DNA of 64,000 bases from Cenococcum geophilum. Taxonomy: Eukaryota. The notes under the pieces are model-generated. The model was given only the letters and a program-made list of their open reading frames with translations, was not told the origin of the DNA and did no database searches. The position numbers and the translations under genes were made by a program. The DNA lies in contig CP158636.1 of the NCBI GenBank assembly GCA_050273025.1, forward strand, positions 4,526,001-4,590,000, given 5' to 3'. Each line of letters opens with the position of its first letter. The first letter of the stretch is position 1. Shown here piece after piece: positions 1-13,947 of the stretch.

Positions 1-309
1 GAATATACCGCGACTGTGGCGGGATCCAATATATGTACTAGGCGCGATTTTATTATAATATATCGCAAAAACCTACCTAAATCTTACCTATATTTAATAA
101 AAATCTAATTAATTATAGAAGAGACTAAAACAAACTGTCTTTTATTATCTTTATTAGATTAAAATTATTATTATTGAGTCGTTAAATATATCTAAGAGAA
201 GGAGTCGAGACTCACCAAAACTCGCACCGTAGGCCCTCAGACGGCAGGGCAGATTTAAGGCCAGTAGATAGCTGATTAGTTAAAAGAGGGTGGCTGGAGA
301 CTAGTGACA
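1..309. mobile_element. Probable LTR end of a retrotransposon truncated by the window start
   Basis: TpA-rich RIP-like sequence ending in ...CTAGTGACA (typical TG...CA LTR terminus), followed by normal-composition DNA. The partner end is not in the window. Confidence 0.4.
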
Positions 310-718
310 ATTTAGTATTAGTGAGTGTGCCTTAAGTTCTGCCATCGTAAACATGGAGCAATATCTGACCCTCAGTTATATCTAGACTCTCGTCTTTGCA
401 GTCCTTGCGGTCTGAGTCGCTTAGATACGGCCCCATTTGTCACCGTGCCTTGTTTATTTCATCAGCAGGGAACCCTGGCTGGATTCGTTTTAGGTAACGT
501 TCGAATTACAATAAAGACCGAAGCCTCGGGGCTGTTAAAGCTCCCAAGTTAAGTTTACCCAACTCCCCGTTCCAACGCTGGCTGTTGAATTATCCCAGAC
601 GCCGAATCTCCCCACAGGCGTAACGCCTTCCGCAATCCTATCCATGAAAATGCCCGTGTCCAACTCAATCGCGCACATTGCTAGATCATTGTCAGATTAT
701 TGCCTATCATCTATGCCA

Positions 719-3700
719 TTATGTTGGCGAAGGTGCGGCAGCACAAGTGATATCCTCGGATCCTTCCACCGGAGCACAGGTGCAGAAGAGATTTGTATCG
801 CCGTGTGCTGTGAAGCGCTGTCAGAGGCTTTATCTCAAGAAACAGAAAGGGAACCGCTTACCGTCATCCAACCTTGTCACCGACGGCCAGAACTTCTTTT
901 CCTTCAGCCAAGGCAATGGATATGCTGCTTTTTCCCTGCTATATGGTCGATTCCACTCTCCTACAATCAAGTCCTTCTGCGAATGTGGCGCCATCTTTAG
1001 GACGTTACCCTCCTTTGGCTGCTCTCCCTTCTCCACCGCCTCAATCTCTTTGCGGATCGAGATTAGAGCGTCGCAAAACCGGTCTAGCTCTTCCTTACTT
1101 TCAGATTCAGTCGGTTCAATCATGAGCGTATTAGCCACTGGCCAAGACATGGTTGGCGCATGAAACCCATAATCTTGAAGACGTTTTGCCACATCTATGG
1201 CCTCGATGCCAGCTGATTCCTTGAACTTGCGGACGTCCAAGATAAATTCGTGGGCACATCGCCCGTTTTGGTTTGTATATAGGATAGGATAGAGCGGTTT
1301 CAAGCGTGAAAGAATGTAGTTCGCGTTTAGGAGCGTAATCTTCGTCGCGTATGTTAACCCAACGCCACCCATCATCTTGATGTAGGCCCAGCTGATAGGT
1401 AAAATGCTTGCGCTACCCCACGGTGCACCACTTACCGGTGCAATTGCCTTCTTTCCTCCTGTGGCGACGAGCGGGTGGCCGGGCAGAAACGGGGCAAGGT
1501 GTTCCTTCACACCAATAGGCCCAACACCAGGCCCACCTCCGCCGTGGGGAATGCAGAAGGTTTTGTGAAGGTTAAGATGGCAGACATCGGCCCCGATTTC
1601 CCCAGGTGAGCAAAGTCCAATCTGAGCATTCATATTGGCTCCATCCATGTAAACTTGGCCGCCATGCTGATGTACAAGCTTGCATACTTCCTTAATCTTT
1701 GGCTCAAAGACACCAAATGTGCTTGGATATGTGATCATGATTGCTCCTAATTCCTCGCTGTGCTTTTCGCACTTGGTCTTTAGATCTTCCAAGTCAAGAT
1801 TGCCAGTCACATTGTCACATCTGATCGGGACAACCCGCATTCCCGCCATGGCCGCACTAGCGGGATTGGTGCCGTGTGCAGACACCGGAATCAGGCAGAT
1901 ATCTCGTTTCTTTCCTGGTCGCTCCTCCTGGTATTTACGAATCACCCGTAGCCCGGTGAATTCACCCTGCGCACCGGAGTTAGGCTGTAGCGACACCGAA
2001 TGAAAGCCTGTAATTTCTGCCAGATCCTTCTGCAATTCCGCAATTAGGATAGCATACCCCTCCGTCTGGTCCAAAGGTGCGAATGGATGGATGGATGAGA
2101 ACTCAGGCCACGACGCTGCCACCATCTCCGTTGTTGCATTCAATTTCATGGTGCAAGAACCAAGAGGTATCATGGAATGTGTGAGAGAGAGATCCTTTGA
2201 CTGCAGATGATGAATATATCGGAGGAGTTTTGTTTCCGAGTGGTGAGAGTTAAAAACAGGGTGGGTCAAATAAGGCGAAGTTCGCTTGAATTCAGAGGGA
2301 AGATCCAATCGAGGCAGATTGTGAAACGGATGATGATAGGGATCCGTGGAACTTTTGGAATCGTACGTGGCATCCGAATTTTTACTGAATCGCCTAAAGA
2401 GTGCAATGATTCTCCTTGCGTCCGCCACCTCTACCGTCTCATCAGTAGTGATGCCAGTATGGTCATCGTCAATCTTCCTCAGGTTCATGCCATTCTTAAC
2501 TGCATCTTCAATTATCTCATCCGTTTTCGGACCAGTCCCAATGACGACTGTGTCAAATAGAACAGGAGAGTTGTCCAATTTCCCCCTTTTCCCGGTCTGA
2601 AATCCAAATTGGGAGATTCCATTTTGAATTGTCCTTGCCGTGGCGACGACATTTTCAGCAATAGCCTTCAAACCTCCCGGTCCATGGTAAATGGCATAGA
2701 ACGCGCTCATGTTAGCCAGCAAGGCTTGAGCAGTGCAAATATTACTTGTTGCCTTTTCTCTGCGGATATGTTGCTCTCTTGTCTGTAATGCAAGTCTCGC
2801 TGCAGGATCACCTAGCCTATCTTTTGACAAACCTATGAGGCGTCCAGGGATCTTACGCTTGTACTTTTCGCTACACGCAAAGAAAGCCGCGTGTGGTCCA
2901 CCATACCCTAAAGGCACTCCGAACCTTTGAGCATTTCCAAAGGCTACGTCCGCGCCGAATTCACCAGGGGGTTTCAGAACAGTCAAAGCCAGGAGATCGG
3001 TCGCTACACTGAATGTTGCTTCGTGCTTGTGCACCTTTTCTGATAGCCCCTTAAAACCATCCACCCCTCCGTCGGTATCTGGGTATTGAACAAGCACTCC
3101 AACCAGGTCTTCTCCAAGCTCTTCTATCCTTTTGCCGCTGTCCTTCAAGACATCGCCTACTTCTATCTTGATCCCAAAACCGTCCGCTCGAGAACCGAGG
3201 ACCGCAATTGTCTGGGGGTGGCATCGATTAGACACGAGGAATGTTTTGTTTGGCCTTTTCTGTCTTGATAGTGGCAGGGCGCTGAGCGAGAGTGTCATGG
3301 CCTCGGCCGCGGCAGTGGACTCGTCTAAAACGGATCCATTAGCAATCGGAAGCGCTGTGAGATCCGTCACCATGGTCTGGAAGTTGAGCAGGGACTCCAG
3401 CCTTCCTTGGCTAATCTCCGGTTGATATGGTGTATAGCTGGTGTACCATCCAGGGCCTTCAAAGATGTTCCTCTTGATAACCTCTGGCACTTTCGTACCA
3501 GCATATCCACACCCAATGAAGCTTCTAGCAACTTTGTTTTTCTTTGCGATTCTTCGAAGGCGCGTAAGTAAATGGGTTTCTGAAAGAGGATGGTCCTGTA
3601 TCGACATATCTCGCTGTAGTGGTGCCTTGGAGTTCTTCGGTACATCTGCCCATGACATCTGAATATCGCGGGAAGACAATACGTTGGACGGTATAACTTG

Positions 3701-4036
3701 CTTCACAAAGTCGTCGAGAGATTTGCAAGGAGGATCGAGAGCTTTGAGCATTTGTTCAGCAGATGAAGGGCAAGGACCAATGTGGCGACGGGCGAAGGTA
3801 TCTAGCGCTTCGAAAGGGTTGATGGTGCCATCGGAATGGGCCTGAATCTCAGAATGGTCGGTAGTGGGGCGAGAAGGAAATGTTCGTCTCGAGGAGAAGC
3901 TTAGAGTCCTGAGTCCTAGAGAGGGTCTGCTACTACCATTGAGTCGAAATTGACACGCTGATCGAACTGGAGCACTCTGAGAGTGCAAGACCAGGCGATT
4001 TGCTGAGGAGCTCGCCCTGAACCATGATGCTTGCAT
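719..4036 (-). CDS. GCV2: Glycine dehydrogenase (decarboxylating), glycine cleavage system P protein, mitochondrial
   Basis: ORF 830-4036 has YTSYTPYQPEISQGRLE, ATSNICTAQALLA, PLGSCTMKLN and the PLP-lysine motif HLNLHKTF-PHGGGGPG, with an R/S-rich presequence. Intron 808-861 (GTAAGC...CTGAC...CAG) restores the conserved C-terminus RLDDAHGDTNLFCTC, ending at TAA 719-721. Confidence 0.97.
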
Positions 4037-4456
4037 CCTAATGGTTCTGGTTAGCCAATTGGCACGTCGAGTGCCCGCGCGGGCAGGCTTGTAAGTTCTT
4101 CAGAGCTGCGAATTAGTGAGAGGATTTTGGAATTTCTCTGGTGCCTTTTCCTGAGGTCGGTTACCAGTGGTAAAATTATGGTTGTGCGACGCGAATCGGT
4201 GATGTCACCCGGGGAGCAACACTCTTTTTCTTCGTTATTTGAGGAATAATTCAAACACAGTCTGAGAGGGGTCGGGACAGGCAGAGGAAGTGGTATGAGT
4301 GATATGACAGCCAGCACACCGCTCCAGCCGGTCTTGGTGCTCATTTTGGCCCATGTCGGAAAAAAACGGCTTTGGCAAGTACAGCACTGCAGTAGGGTAC
4401 ATATTAAGGCTTCGATAGCTAGCGCACAGGCCATTCGACAAACGCCAGCATGCAAG

Positions 4457-4489
4457 GTCCAACATCCAACGTCCAACGTCCAACGTCCG
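4457..4489. repeat. 7-bp tandem microrepeat (GTCCAAC, about 4.5 copies) upstream of GCV2
   Basis: gtccaacatccaacgtccaacgtccaacgtccg. Confidence 0.7.
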
Positions 4490-5243
4490 AGGTCGGGGGC
4501 CCAGGGAACGGCAGCATTGATTTGCTCGTTTAACGAGTATGGCTACACAACTACTGTCAAGGGTAAGTTTTGGGCCAAGCCGCTAAATACGCTAAAGCGC
4601 CATGTTATTTATTAATAGTGTTTAGATTACCCAATCTACTACCACTTTATATAGCCTCGATTACGTCTACAGTGCCAAGACATTAGTTTCCCGACACGAA
4701 CACAAAATCGCGATCGTCAAAATTCTAATACAAAGATTGCGACCTTACTGCACCACAATGCAACGCTCGTTTAGCATCTAAATTAGTAGAAATAGAAGGC
4801 CTGGAGCTGAGCTTTCGGAAGTTGCAAGAGCTAAAATTACTACTGCATCGGAGGCTGGAGTATTGAAGCTTGAAATTGCCGTAGATTATTACGTAAATCG
4901 GTTAACTACTTACAATATAATTAATTAATAGAAAAGCCACTATACGCTTAAATCTCCACCAAAATCTAGATAGCCCAAAAAGCTTACTTAACACTAGAAG
5001 CGTCTGCTTATTTAAATTATATATAGAAATCCCTAAATTAACTATATAGCTCTTAAGTGCTACGTTTATAGGGGTTACTGTTACATATAAAACTTTATAT
5101 TATCTCCTTAAAAAATACTATATTAAACTGGCGCGCTAAGAAGAGACTAAAACTAACGCTAGTAGTGGCTTGATTAAGGCTTTATTGGGCTTAGAAGTAT
5201 AAGGGATTCCCTTAAAGAAAAGTTAAGTTTTCTAATAAATGTT

Positions 5244-5458
5244 TGTAAGGGATATTATTGCGGACACCTCGGGATGCCCTCAGGACAACCCCTGGACGCC
5301 CCTCGGATGGTCGCCGGTCACGTGCCGGAGGCACGTGCCCGTAGTATATAGTCTCCACGATCCCAGAGGCCTTACCTCCTCAAGGATTCGTCTCTCTCAC
5401 CAATCTATCCTGTTCCAATCGTGTCCTTATAGCCCCCTGTCTACAAAGTCCCCTCACA
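5244..5458 (+). mobile_element. Solo LTR (215 bp) inserted in the Tc1 transposase gene
   Basis: TGTAAGGG...CCCTCACA termini; 5-bp TSD ATGTT at 5239-5243 and 5459-5463; internal GTCACGTG and TATATA. Confidence 0.88.
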
Positions 5459-8400
5459 ATGTTCCTATAAACGTAGCTCTAGAAAAAAGCCTATTTAGGT
5501 CTTCTAAATGTCTCTATAAAAGTACCATTTTAAATTTATTAAAGAGGTGTTTAATAGAAAGGATCTTATATAGATAGTCTACGCTTATTTTTAGTATAAT
5601 GGTTATTACAGTACTAGCAAATTGCTATAGATTGCCGTAGATTGCGGTTACGTAACGTGAAGATTATATAAAACATCGAGCGGCGCTACTCTTCTTCTAC
5701 TTTCCTTTCTTTAGCTTTAGATCCTCGTTTATAGACAATCCACTCGTATAGGCTTACGCGTCCCTCTTACCGTACTCGTGCCTTAATTAACTAAGTCGTT
5801 AATATTATCTAAAGCTTATCCACCCTTTCTTTCTAAGAAGAAACTTAAATATATCTAAAGAATAAGAACTAGAATAAGAACTAGAACGAGAACTAAGAAC
5901 TAAAACTAAAAATATAAAAAGAATATAAACCCTAAGAATAGGATAAGCATAGACTAAAACCCCTAAAGAATTTACCCAGAATTATTTAACACCCCTATTA
6001 TTATACTAAGAAATATAGTAGCTAGTAAAGTAGCTATAGGACCTTTAAATACCTTAGATAATAAAATAGTTAATATTTTAAACCCTTAGGCAGAGCTAGC
6101 GATAGCTAATACTAAGATTAAATAACTACGAGAGCTACTTAAAGCTAGAGATACCCTTACTTCTATATTTAGTAATAAATTATTAAATACCTAGAGACTT
6201 ACTATAGTCCTTAAGGCCCTATTTTAGCGCCTTAGCAGACCTACTAAGCCCTATATAGCCCTATCGCGGTCTATAAAGGTTGCGGACCCCCTATTACTTA
6301 TAGATGGAATAAACCCTATATTTAATAACTAGAAACTCTAACTACAGAATAAGCTTAAAGTTAATGCTAACTACTTTTCTACCCCTTAGGCCTAAATGGC
6401 CTATATCTTTAGCCGTACTAGTAGGAATACCTAGACGTACCTACGCTCGTAATATACTAAGGACTTAATAAACCCTTTTACTTATAAAGAAAAAATAATT
6501 AACTATTTATCTTCTATTTATAAGGACCCCTTTAAGGTATAGAACGCCTGCCTTAATTATAAAGGCCTAAATATAAAAATAATAAAGACCTTTTTAGCCT
6601 TTTAGACCCGCTTTTTATACTTAGTAGGCTAGGCCTAAATTCCCTAAAAAGATCTAATATCGGACCTATTTTATAAGCTTACCCTAGACTTATAGCAGGC
6701 TATACTACTAGTTTTTACTACTATATAGATGCTAAAGGAGCTTATAGATTAGTGCTTAGCTATTAACTAAGGCCTCCGTTAAATTAAGATATGTACTAAA
6801 TGGTATAAAGCTAAAAACCCTCTAAATTAGACTATAAGCAATATAAAAACGGCCCGTAATGCCGTATAATTAATAACTCCCGCAGTACTAGCTATATAGC
6901 TCGCCACTAATTTAATAGCTAGCTATATAGCTAGTTCTATTATAGGTCTAGTAAATGCTCGGCCTATATATAGTAGCCCCTATATATAGGCCCTTAGTAA
7001 TTAAGGTGCCTACTTTTCTTATAGTTAAAAGGGCTATATTATAAAAGACTACCTAATAAATATAAAAAGGGGTAAAGTTTTATTAATCTAGGAGGATAGT
7101 ATAAAGTTAGAAAAAGAGGAACCCTAGAAAAAAACTCCTCTCTAGAGTTAAAAAGGATTAATACGTTATATATTAATCTGGGTTAGCTAGTTAGCAAAAA
7201 AAGCTGCACTATCCCTTATACCTTATTCTATAATAGATATTAAGTTTTAACCTTTATTTTAGCTAACTTTAGAGTAAATACCTTTACCTTAATAGACACC
7301 TAATACGCTATAAAGCTAGCTAACTTTTAAAATGCGCCTTTTAAAGAACTGCCTAAACTAATTTCTATTTATAGGTATAACAGATAAATAAGGCCACCTA
7401 TTATAAGTATTTTGCGGATTTACCTTTATATTAATAGATAAAGGTAATATAATATTCCCTTCCTTATTACGGACCTAGGAAGCTATAATATAATCTTAAG
7501 GAGAAAATAGCTAGCCTATTTAGGCTTATAGCTTAATATATAAAGTAAACAGCTTATTTAGCCTAAAACTTTACCTCTAACCCATTCTATTATAAAAGAA
7601 ATCAGTACCATAATAGAAAACCTTATACGGCCTTAGATTAATACTATTTACTAAACTAATACTATACGTAGGGACTAGGCCTTTAAAAAAGATATATAGC
7701 TTAATCTATAACGGATCTGTATATTACATCGCCCCCAGACTACCTATATTACGCTACTCGTATTAATTATATCGGGAATAAGGCAATTTACCCTTACGTG
7801 CGGCATATTGCCGTCACGTGAGGCAACTTGCCGTCACGTGCCGTCGCGGCACTAGCGTGGTGAGGAACCTTAAATTCCTTACCCTCCCCTATCTAGAATA
7901 ATAACCTTTTCCATCACTATATCTACTTAAGTAGTATTATGTAACGGAATTCCCCAGAAGGTACATATTAGATGAGACAGAAGGAGGTCTTATCTATATT
8001 CCAGAAGGAGGTCTCATCTATATTCCAGAAGGAGGTCTCACCTATATTCCATCTACGTCCTAAAAGACACGGTTAGACAAATAAGGGGCAAAGGGTTTTA
8101 CTGGCGTCTTAGAAAGATCATATAGGGAGCTAGTTCTCCTCTAGAGAAGAACTAGCGATTAGTCTCTAAATAGAAGTAGTTAGAAGCATTTGTCCTTTAA
8201 TACGTGAAACTTATTCTACCTTTAACTTACCTTTTATTTACCTTCAACTTACCTTTTACTTACTAGTAATACTGTTAATTAGATAATCATACGTTCCGGT
8301 TAAGCTAGCCTCTTATAATTCTAATTGCTTATAATCTATTAGGAACGTACGGCTATTAATTAATAATAACGAACTATACTCCTGTACCCTATGAAGCAAC

Positions 8401-9504
8401 GCCCTTATTATAAGAGGCTTAAAGAGTCTCCCTAGAGGAGCGCATTCCCTCTTCCTATAAAGAAGCCATAGCTAGTCCGTCTAACCTTATAAGACCCTTA
8501 GAAACAATTACCGCTAGGGAGTTATTAAAGCGGTCGCTATATAAGACCCTATAAAAAACAAAGGAGTTAGAGATATAATTAAGATAAGTATATTAAGACT
8601 ACCAAGAATAATTATAAGGACAATTGGGGGAAGTATAGACACCCTAGACACAAAGCGGACTTAAAGGGGTAACGCTATACTATACTATAATATTAGAAAA
8701 ACCTAAATTCCGTATAAAGGAACCTAATAAGTACTATAGTAATAGTCTTCGGAACTATAATCGTTTTATCTAATAATGCGAAACTAAGTTTCGGCTAGAT
8801 CCAAAACGTTACTCTAACGAGTATAATTAGACACTAATTGCTTCTACCTTCCTGCGTGGCACTGTTAAGAGTTTATAGATATGCTATAAGAAGAAACTTA
8901 CTATACCCCTTAAATTTAGCAAACTTAGGACCTAGTTAGTCAATTAGGTCCAAGACCCTACTAATTAAGGGATGGACTATAACCAGTAATACCATAACGC
9001 CAAACAGCGGGATGGTTAGACTGTGGTCTAGTTTATAAACTACTTAGAAGAACTAGAAGACAATATACCCTACTTAGATCTATAGGATAACGCTATATAA
9101 CTTTACCAGCTACTCACTAAGCTATAACCTAAGATTTAACAGGCCATATAAGAGAAGGGCGAAATTCCTACCTCTTAAGAAAAGCTTATCTCTAAAGCTA
9201 CTTAGATTAAGAGTGCTAAAAGAGACCATTTAGGCAAGTAAAAGGAATGAAACACCAATAATAAAGAGCGTAGGACTAGACCTAGCTTTAATAACAGGGG
9301 TAGATTCCGACCTAACCGCTCTATAGAAGGACAACGCAAGTAGGCCTCACAGCCCTAGAGCAACGCTGGTTAACCCTAAAATAATAATAGGCAGAGACTT
9401 AATCCGTAGAAGGGGAACTAGGAGATATGCACCTATTATAACTGCGGTAAGAAGGGCTATATAAGCCGCTTCTGCCGGTAAAAGAAGTAAGAGTCGGCCT
9501 AATT

Positions 9505-9572
9505 GGGAAAAGAGATAGCCTAGTAGATCTTTACTCCCTTATACTAGGCTAGCAAGAGAAGGAGGGAGTAAA
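9505..9572 (+). other. -1 programmed ribosomal frameshift signal (G_GGA_AAA plus H-type pseudoknot) between gag and pol of element C
   Basis: The heptamer is in the gag frame and the -1 frame leads to LMDSGAS. Stem 1 is 9516-9525/9542-9551 (TAGCCTAGTA/TACTAGGCTA). Stem 2 is 9530-9539/9563-9572 (TTTACTCCCT/AGGGAGTAAA). Confidence 0.8.
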
Positions 9573-12500
9573 CTGCCATATGGTTATTCCTGTCTCTATT
9601 TAAATTAATAACAAATAGGTAACGTAAGACTGCCTTATGGATAGTGGCGCGAGTATAGGGTTTATTTCTTAATTACTAGTAAAAGAATTAGATTTAGACC
9701 TTAGTGGCTTATAGGTGCGCACCGTTTAAAGCATTAGAGGCTATTAGATTCCATACTATAAGGAATAGGCTTTTTCCGTGGCCAGCTAGGACCGCAATAG
9801 TCTATAGGATACGCAGGAGATACGCTTTTATGCCGCAGAAATTAAGGGGTATAACCTTGTTTTAGGATACCTATAGCTTTACTAAGTTAATCCGGATATT
9901 AATTGGCCTTTAGCCTTATATTAATATCAAAAGTCTTAACCGCGCATTATAGTTAAAAATTAAGAGACTTTCTTAAACTATATATAAGAAGAAGGGTGGG
10001 TATATACTATATATGCCACTCTTAACACCAAGAACAGGGACACGGGATATTTATTTTTGGATGTTTAGCTATACGTAGTTAAGGAACTAGAGATTCTATA
10101 GAAATATACGGACTTAGAGGATGTTTCTAGTAAAGAGGCTACATAAACCTTACCTAACCCTATATTGGTTGAGCATAAGATAGATATAGGGGATAAATAA
10201 CCTCCTTTTAGACCGCTGTATAACCTATTAAAAAATAAGCTAGCAGTACTGCGTTAATATATAGTAGACAATCTTTAAAGAGGATGGATTTAGCCCTCTA
10301 TAAGCCCAGCAGGGGTGCCGATTATATTTATACCTAAAAAGGACAAGACCCTTCACCTCTATATTAACTATTAGGCGCTAAATAAGATTACTATAAAGAA
10401 TTACTACCCGTTACCCTTAATAGGGGAGCTTATTAATAGGCTGTCGGGCATAAAGATATTTATAAAATTAGATCTAAAAGATATATACTATTAAATCCGG
10501 ATTAAAGCCGGTAATAAGTGGAAAACGGCGTTCTAAACACAGTACGGCCACTTTAAGTACCTAGTAATGCCATTTGGGCTCACCAACGCACCAGCGATAT
10601 TTTAGGCCTATATTAATAAGGCATTATTAGGCCTGTTAGACACGATATATATAGTCTACCTTAATAATATTATAGTCTACTCTAATAACTACAAAGTATA
10701 TATATACTACATGCGAATAGTACTAGAAAGACTGCGGGAATATAAGCTCTATATAAACCTAAAAAAGTACACGTTCCATACTACTAGCATTAATTTTTTA
10801 GGCTTTATTGTTAGCGTTAATAGAGTATTAATAGAGAAAAGTCGGGTGGATGCTATTAGGGAATGGCCCTACCCTATAACATTTAGAGAAGTATAGGTTT
10901 TCTTAGGCACGGCGAACTTCTACCAAATGTTTATTGTTTACTACTTATAAGTAATACTCCTAATTACCAATCTACTAAAAGGATCTAAGAATGGCAGGAA
11001 GTTAGGACCCTTTATATTTAGAGAAGCTGCTAAGTAGGCTATAGACCGGTTAAAGGATTTATTTATATTAGCGCCTATCCTAATATATTTCTGCTAGGAG
11101 CTACGTATATACCTTAAAACGGATATATCCGGCTTTGCCCTAGGGGCAATTATATCTTAATTAAAAGACGGAAAATGGCATCCTATGGCGTTTTAGTTAA
11201 GGAAAATAACCCCTATAGAGCAGTGTTATATAACGCACGACTAGGAGCTACTCGCGATAATCACAGTAATAAAGTACTGGCGATATTATTGTATAAGAAG
11301 CAATTATCCCATTAAAGTCCTTATAGACTACAACAACCTAGAATACTTTATAACTATAAAGGTGTTAAGCGGTCGATAAGCTAGGTAGGTAGAGGCACTA
11401 TTACAGTACGATTTTAAGATTATGTACCACCTAGGAAAGACAAATCCTGCTAATGGGTTATTAAGATGTCCGGATTACGAGATAGGGAGGATCTAGGACA
11501 GCATAGGGGAAATAATCCCCATATTGCAAAATTTGCTTAGGAAGAAAGAAAACTCTTTCCCTAGAACTATAGAATTTCGCAACAGGGCAGAGGTCCTAGC
11601 AATATAGCTATAAAGCAACATAATTATAGAGCCGTAGGATATAGTTATAGACTAGGTTATAGACTAAGCAGATATTATAAAGTTAGCGTACCTTAGAATT
11701 AGCGAGAATTCTGCGGGATGTGCTAGAGGTATCGCGGCACCTTTAACTTAACGGCGCATTAGCTACGAGTTCTTAAATCTAAGGGGGATAGGCGAGATAC
11801 CTATCTATAGCGTGGCATACTATATAATAGTAGGAGAATCTACTGGCACTAATGGTTTAAAACGTCTTATGCCACGCCTTAAGTCTATAATAGTGGTAGG
11901 CGAAATGGAAGCAAGTGATCTGCATAAAACCTTTCCGGATTTTCTTCTTTAAGCTTAATAAAGGGACGCCTTTGCCTCTAGGGAGAGGTGGAAAGATATA
12001 GTGGAGACTAACTTAGCTAGAGTTACTAAGAAGCTATAGTAGCAAGACTAAAAGGGTCTGTTATACTTTAAGGGTGCTGTATATATCCTAAAGGACTAAG
12101 CAATTTAAGACGAAATTTTAAAGGTCTTTTATAACAACCCTCTTAGGGGTTACTACGGTGCCAATAGAACCCTTAAGGCCGTTTAAAGGAAATACTTTTA
12201 GGACGGAATGTCTAAAGAGGTTAAGGACTATATATTAAGGTGTAATACGTGCCAAAGGATATAGATATCCAGGTATCGCCTATACGGCGAGTTATTAGTG
12301 CTTCCTATTCCGTAGGGACCCATGTTAGAATTAACAATGGATTTTATTATAGGCTTACCCCCTACTAAGATAAGAACTGGAGAGGTTACTAACGCTATTT
12401 TAGTAATTATTAATAGGTATATAAAGTTTTCAGGATACTTTACTGTTATAACAATAATCACAGCAGTAGAACTGGCAGACCTGTTTTTAGAACGGTGGCT

Positions 12501-13947
12501 CTTATTTAGCACGCTAAGGGGAATTATATCTAACAGAGGCACCGTATTTAACAGTGCATTTTAGTCTTTATTCTGTCTCTTATTAAAAATATAGCGAAGG
12601 ATAAGTACTACCTTCTACCCGCAAATAGATGGGTAAATAGAGCGTCTAAATACGTTATTAGAACACTACCTCCGCTACTATATCAATTATTAACAGAATA
12701 ATTGGATATTGTAGTTGGCTCTGGCGCAGCATATATATAACATAAGCATTTACAGCAGCATAAAAATGACCCCTTATAAAGTATTATTTGGGGTAAAAGC
12801 AAATGACCCCTAGAACATTAAGGACATCGTTCCCAAAAGAGAGGCACTAGTAGCGTCCGAAAGAATTAAGCAAATAAGAATTTATAGAGAGGAACTTAAA
12901 AAGCACTTACTAGACGCCTAGGCCGTACAAAAAAGGTACTATAACGAAAAATATATGCTGAAAGAATTCAAGATAGGAGATAAAGTCTTATTATTTATAA
13001 AAAATATCCAAATAAAACGCATTAAGAAGAAGCTGGATTACCGGTAGCTTGGACCCTTTAAGGTAGTTAAGAAAACTAAAGGAAACTAAGCCTATAAATT
13101 AGAATTACCGAAATCTTATCTAATATATCCCATATTTTATATTTCCTTGCTAGAGCTATACCGGAGAAGAGATAGTGCAGAACCGCCCCCACCTAGCGAA
13201 ATTAATAGGGAACTAGAATGGAATATAGAAGACATTTTAGACTAAAGATAGCGCCAGAAGAAGCGCGAATTTTTAGTTCGTTAGGAAGAATACTCCTAGG
13301 CGTATAATAGTTAGGAACCTAAGGAGTACCTTCGGCCGGAATACAATACCATAATTAAAACCTTCCTAAGAACTAAAGGTAAAGACTTAGAAATGGTTCC
13401 GGATATGCCATAGGTGAAGTAATAGGAAAGACCCCGTAAATTAAAACTATAGGATTAAGTACAGGCATTAAGAACGGAAACGTTTCGCTATTATAATAGG
13501 GATCCTAGAATCCTATAAGAGGAAGCCTATAGGGATCTATAGGAGAACCACTAGGGATACTATTTAAAGAAGACGCTGTATAAGAAGGAGCAGTAGCACT
13601 ATAAGAAGTGGCCTTGGGGATTTAGTAAGATCCCCTAGGGATAAAAGGAGAGTATTTGGCCTGGCACTGGAGATATATAGTAGAGTTAATAGTACAAAGA
13701 GGAGCAAAAGGACAGCCTATAAAGAATTAGAAATTTTAAGGAATTATAAGGCACCTATAGGAACACCACCCGTTTATTATATATAGGGATTATAGTAGTA
13801 TACTGCGTTTATATGGATTGTCACTAAAGCTTAGAATAAAGGTATCCCTAAAGTATAAAGTTAATTCCTAATAATAGGGCATTCTAGAGGTACCTAAGAG
13901 GCACTATATAAAGCTATTCTATAAGAAAGAAAGAGCTAGGTAACAAC

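Noticed and set aside
644..3728. Many short ORFs overlapping GCV2 (likewise within NTE1, ARP9, GUD1, CAB1, GDT1 and DUF3433)
   Set aside because: Antisense or alternate-frame shadows of real genes, with no motifs.
4051..4615. ORFs of 82-141 aa upstream of GCV2
   Set aside because: They overlap promoter/5' UTR and a microrepeat, with no protein-like features.
7960..8055. 24-bp tandem repeats (ATATTCCAGAAGGAGGTCTCATCT), superficially CRISPR-like
   Set aside because: No unique spacers, eukaryotic context, and repeated in the 3' LTR. These are U3 enhancer-type repeats of element C.
10711..12564. Short RT and integrase ORFs as possible functional genes
   Set aside because: Stop-free fragments of RIP-destroyed pol. 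No element in the window is coding-competent.
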